A stretch of 64,000 nucleotides of DNA from an uncultured Planctomycetota bacterium (GTDB lineage: Bacteria; Planctomycetota; Planctomycetia; Isosphaerales; Isosphaeraceae). The stretch spans positions 352,001-416,000 of the forward strand of contig CAWGMQ010000008.1 of assembly GCA_963823665.1 (NCBI GenBank), read 5' to 3'. Under the pieces are notes generated by a model, which saw only the letters and a list, made by a program, of their open reading frames with translations, made no database searches and was not told the origin of the DNA. The translations under genes were made by a program, and so were the position numbers. Shown here one piece after another: positions 63,877 to 64,000 of this stretch (position 1 is its first letter; each line of letters begins with the position of its first letter).

Positions 63877-64000
63877 GTCGGCCCTGCCCCGGGGGAACCC
63901 GATCAAGCGCCGGCCCTCTAGATCCCGCCCGAAGGAAGCGCTCGAGAAACCCCTGTGTTCATCATCGGACGGGAAGTCGAACCTGTCAACGGCTCGCGCT

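Overview
High-GC bacterial DNA, most likely a planctomycete (Isosphaeraceae-like), inferred from gene families: ECF sigma factors with C-terminal extensions, Ser/Thr kinase-TPR, DUF1573 and RFSxRGL-type LRR proteins. Many single-base indels break otherwise normal genes, probably as long-read assembly error, so exact reading frames need caution. Bases ~1-22.1 kb are an integration hotspot at a CAT-anticodon tRNA (22005-22078, minus). A ~14.2 kb satellite-like integrative element lies between two identical 52-bp att repeats (7886-7937 and 22005-22056). It carries an integrase, XRE regulator, primase, DUF3987 helicase, AlpA-like HTHs, a candidate origin and AT-richer cargo. Remnants of older islands lie to its left, including a degenerate third att at 5939-5986. 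The most striking observation is that the integrase ORF runs through att, so excision changes its C-terminus, and a start-less, codon-conserved peptide (DPxLTxVIEAWDRLPEAVRAGIVAMVK) sits just inside the far att and again at 4470. The remainder is chromosomal backbone: ettA, hydrolases, three tandem ECF sigma::membrane-fusion-protein chimeras sharing a promoter motif, a TPR/kinase cluster, MFS, STAS pair, DksA-like, HtrA-like, trpD, GNAT and rhomboid. Three GTAG-type REP families occur, all in one orientation.
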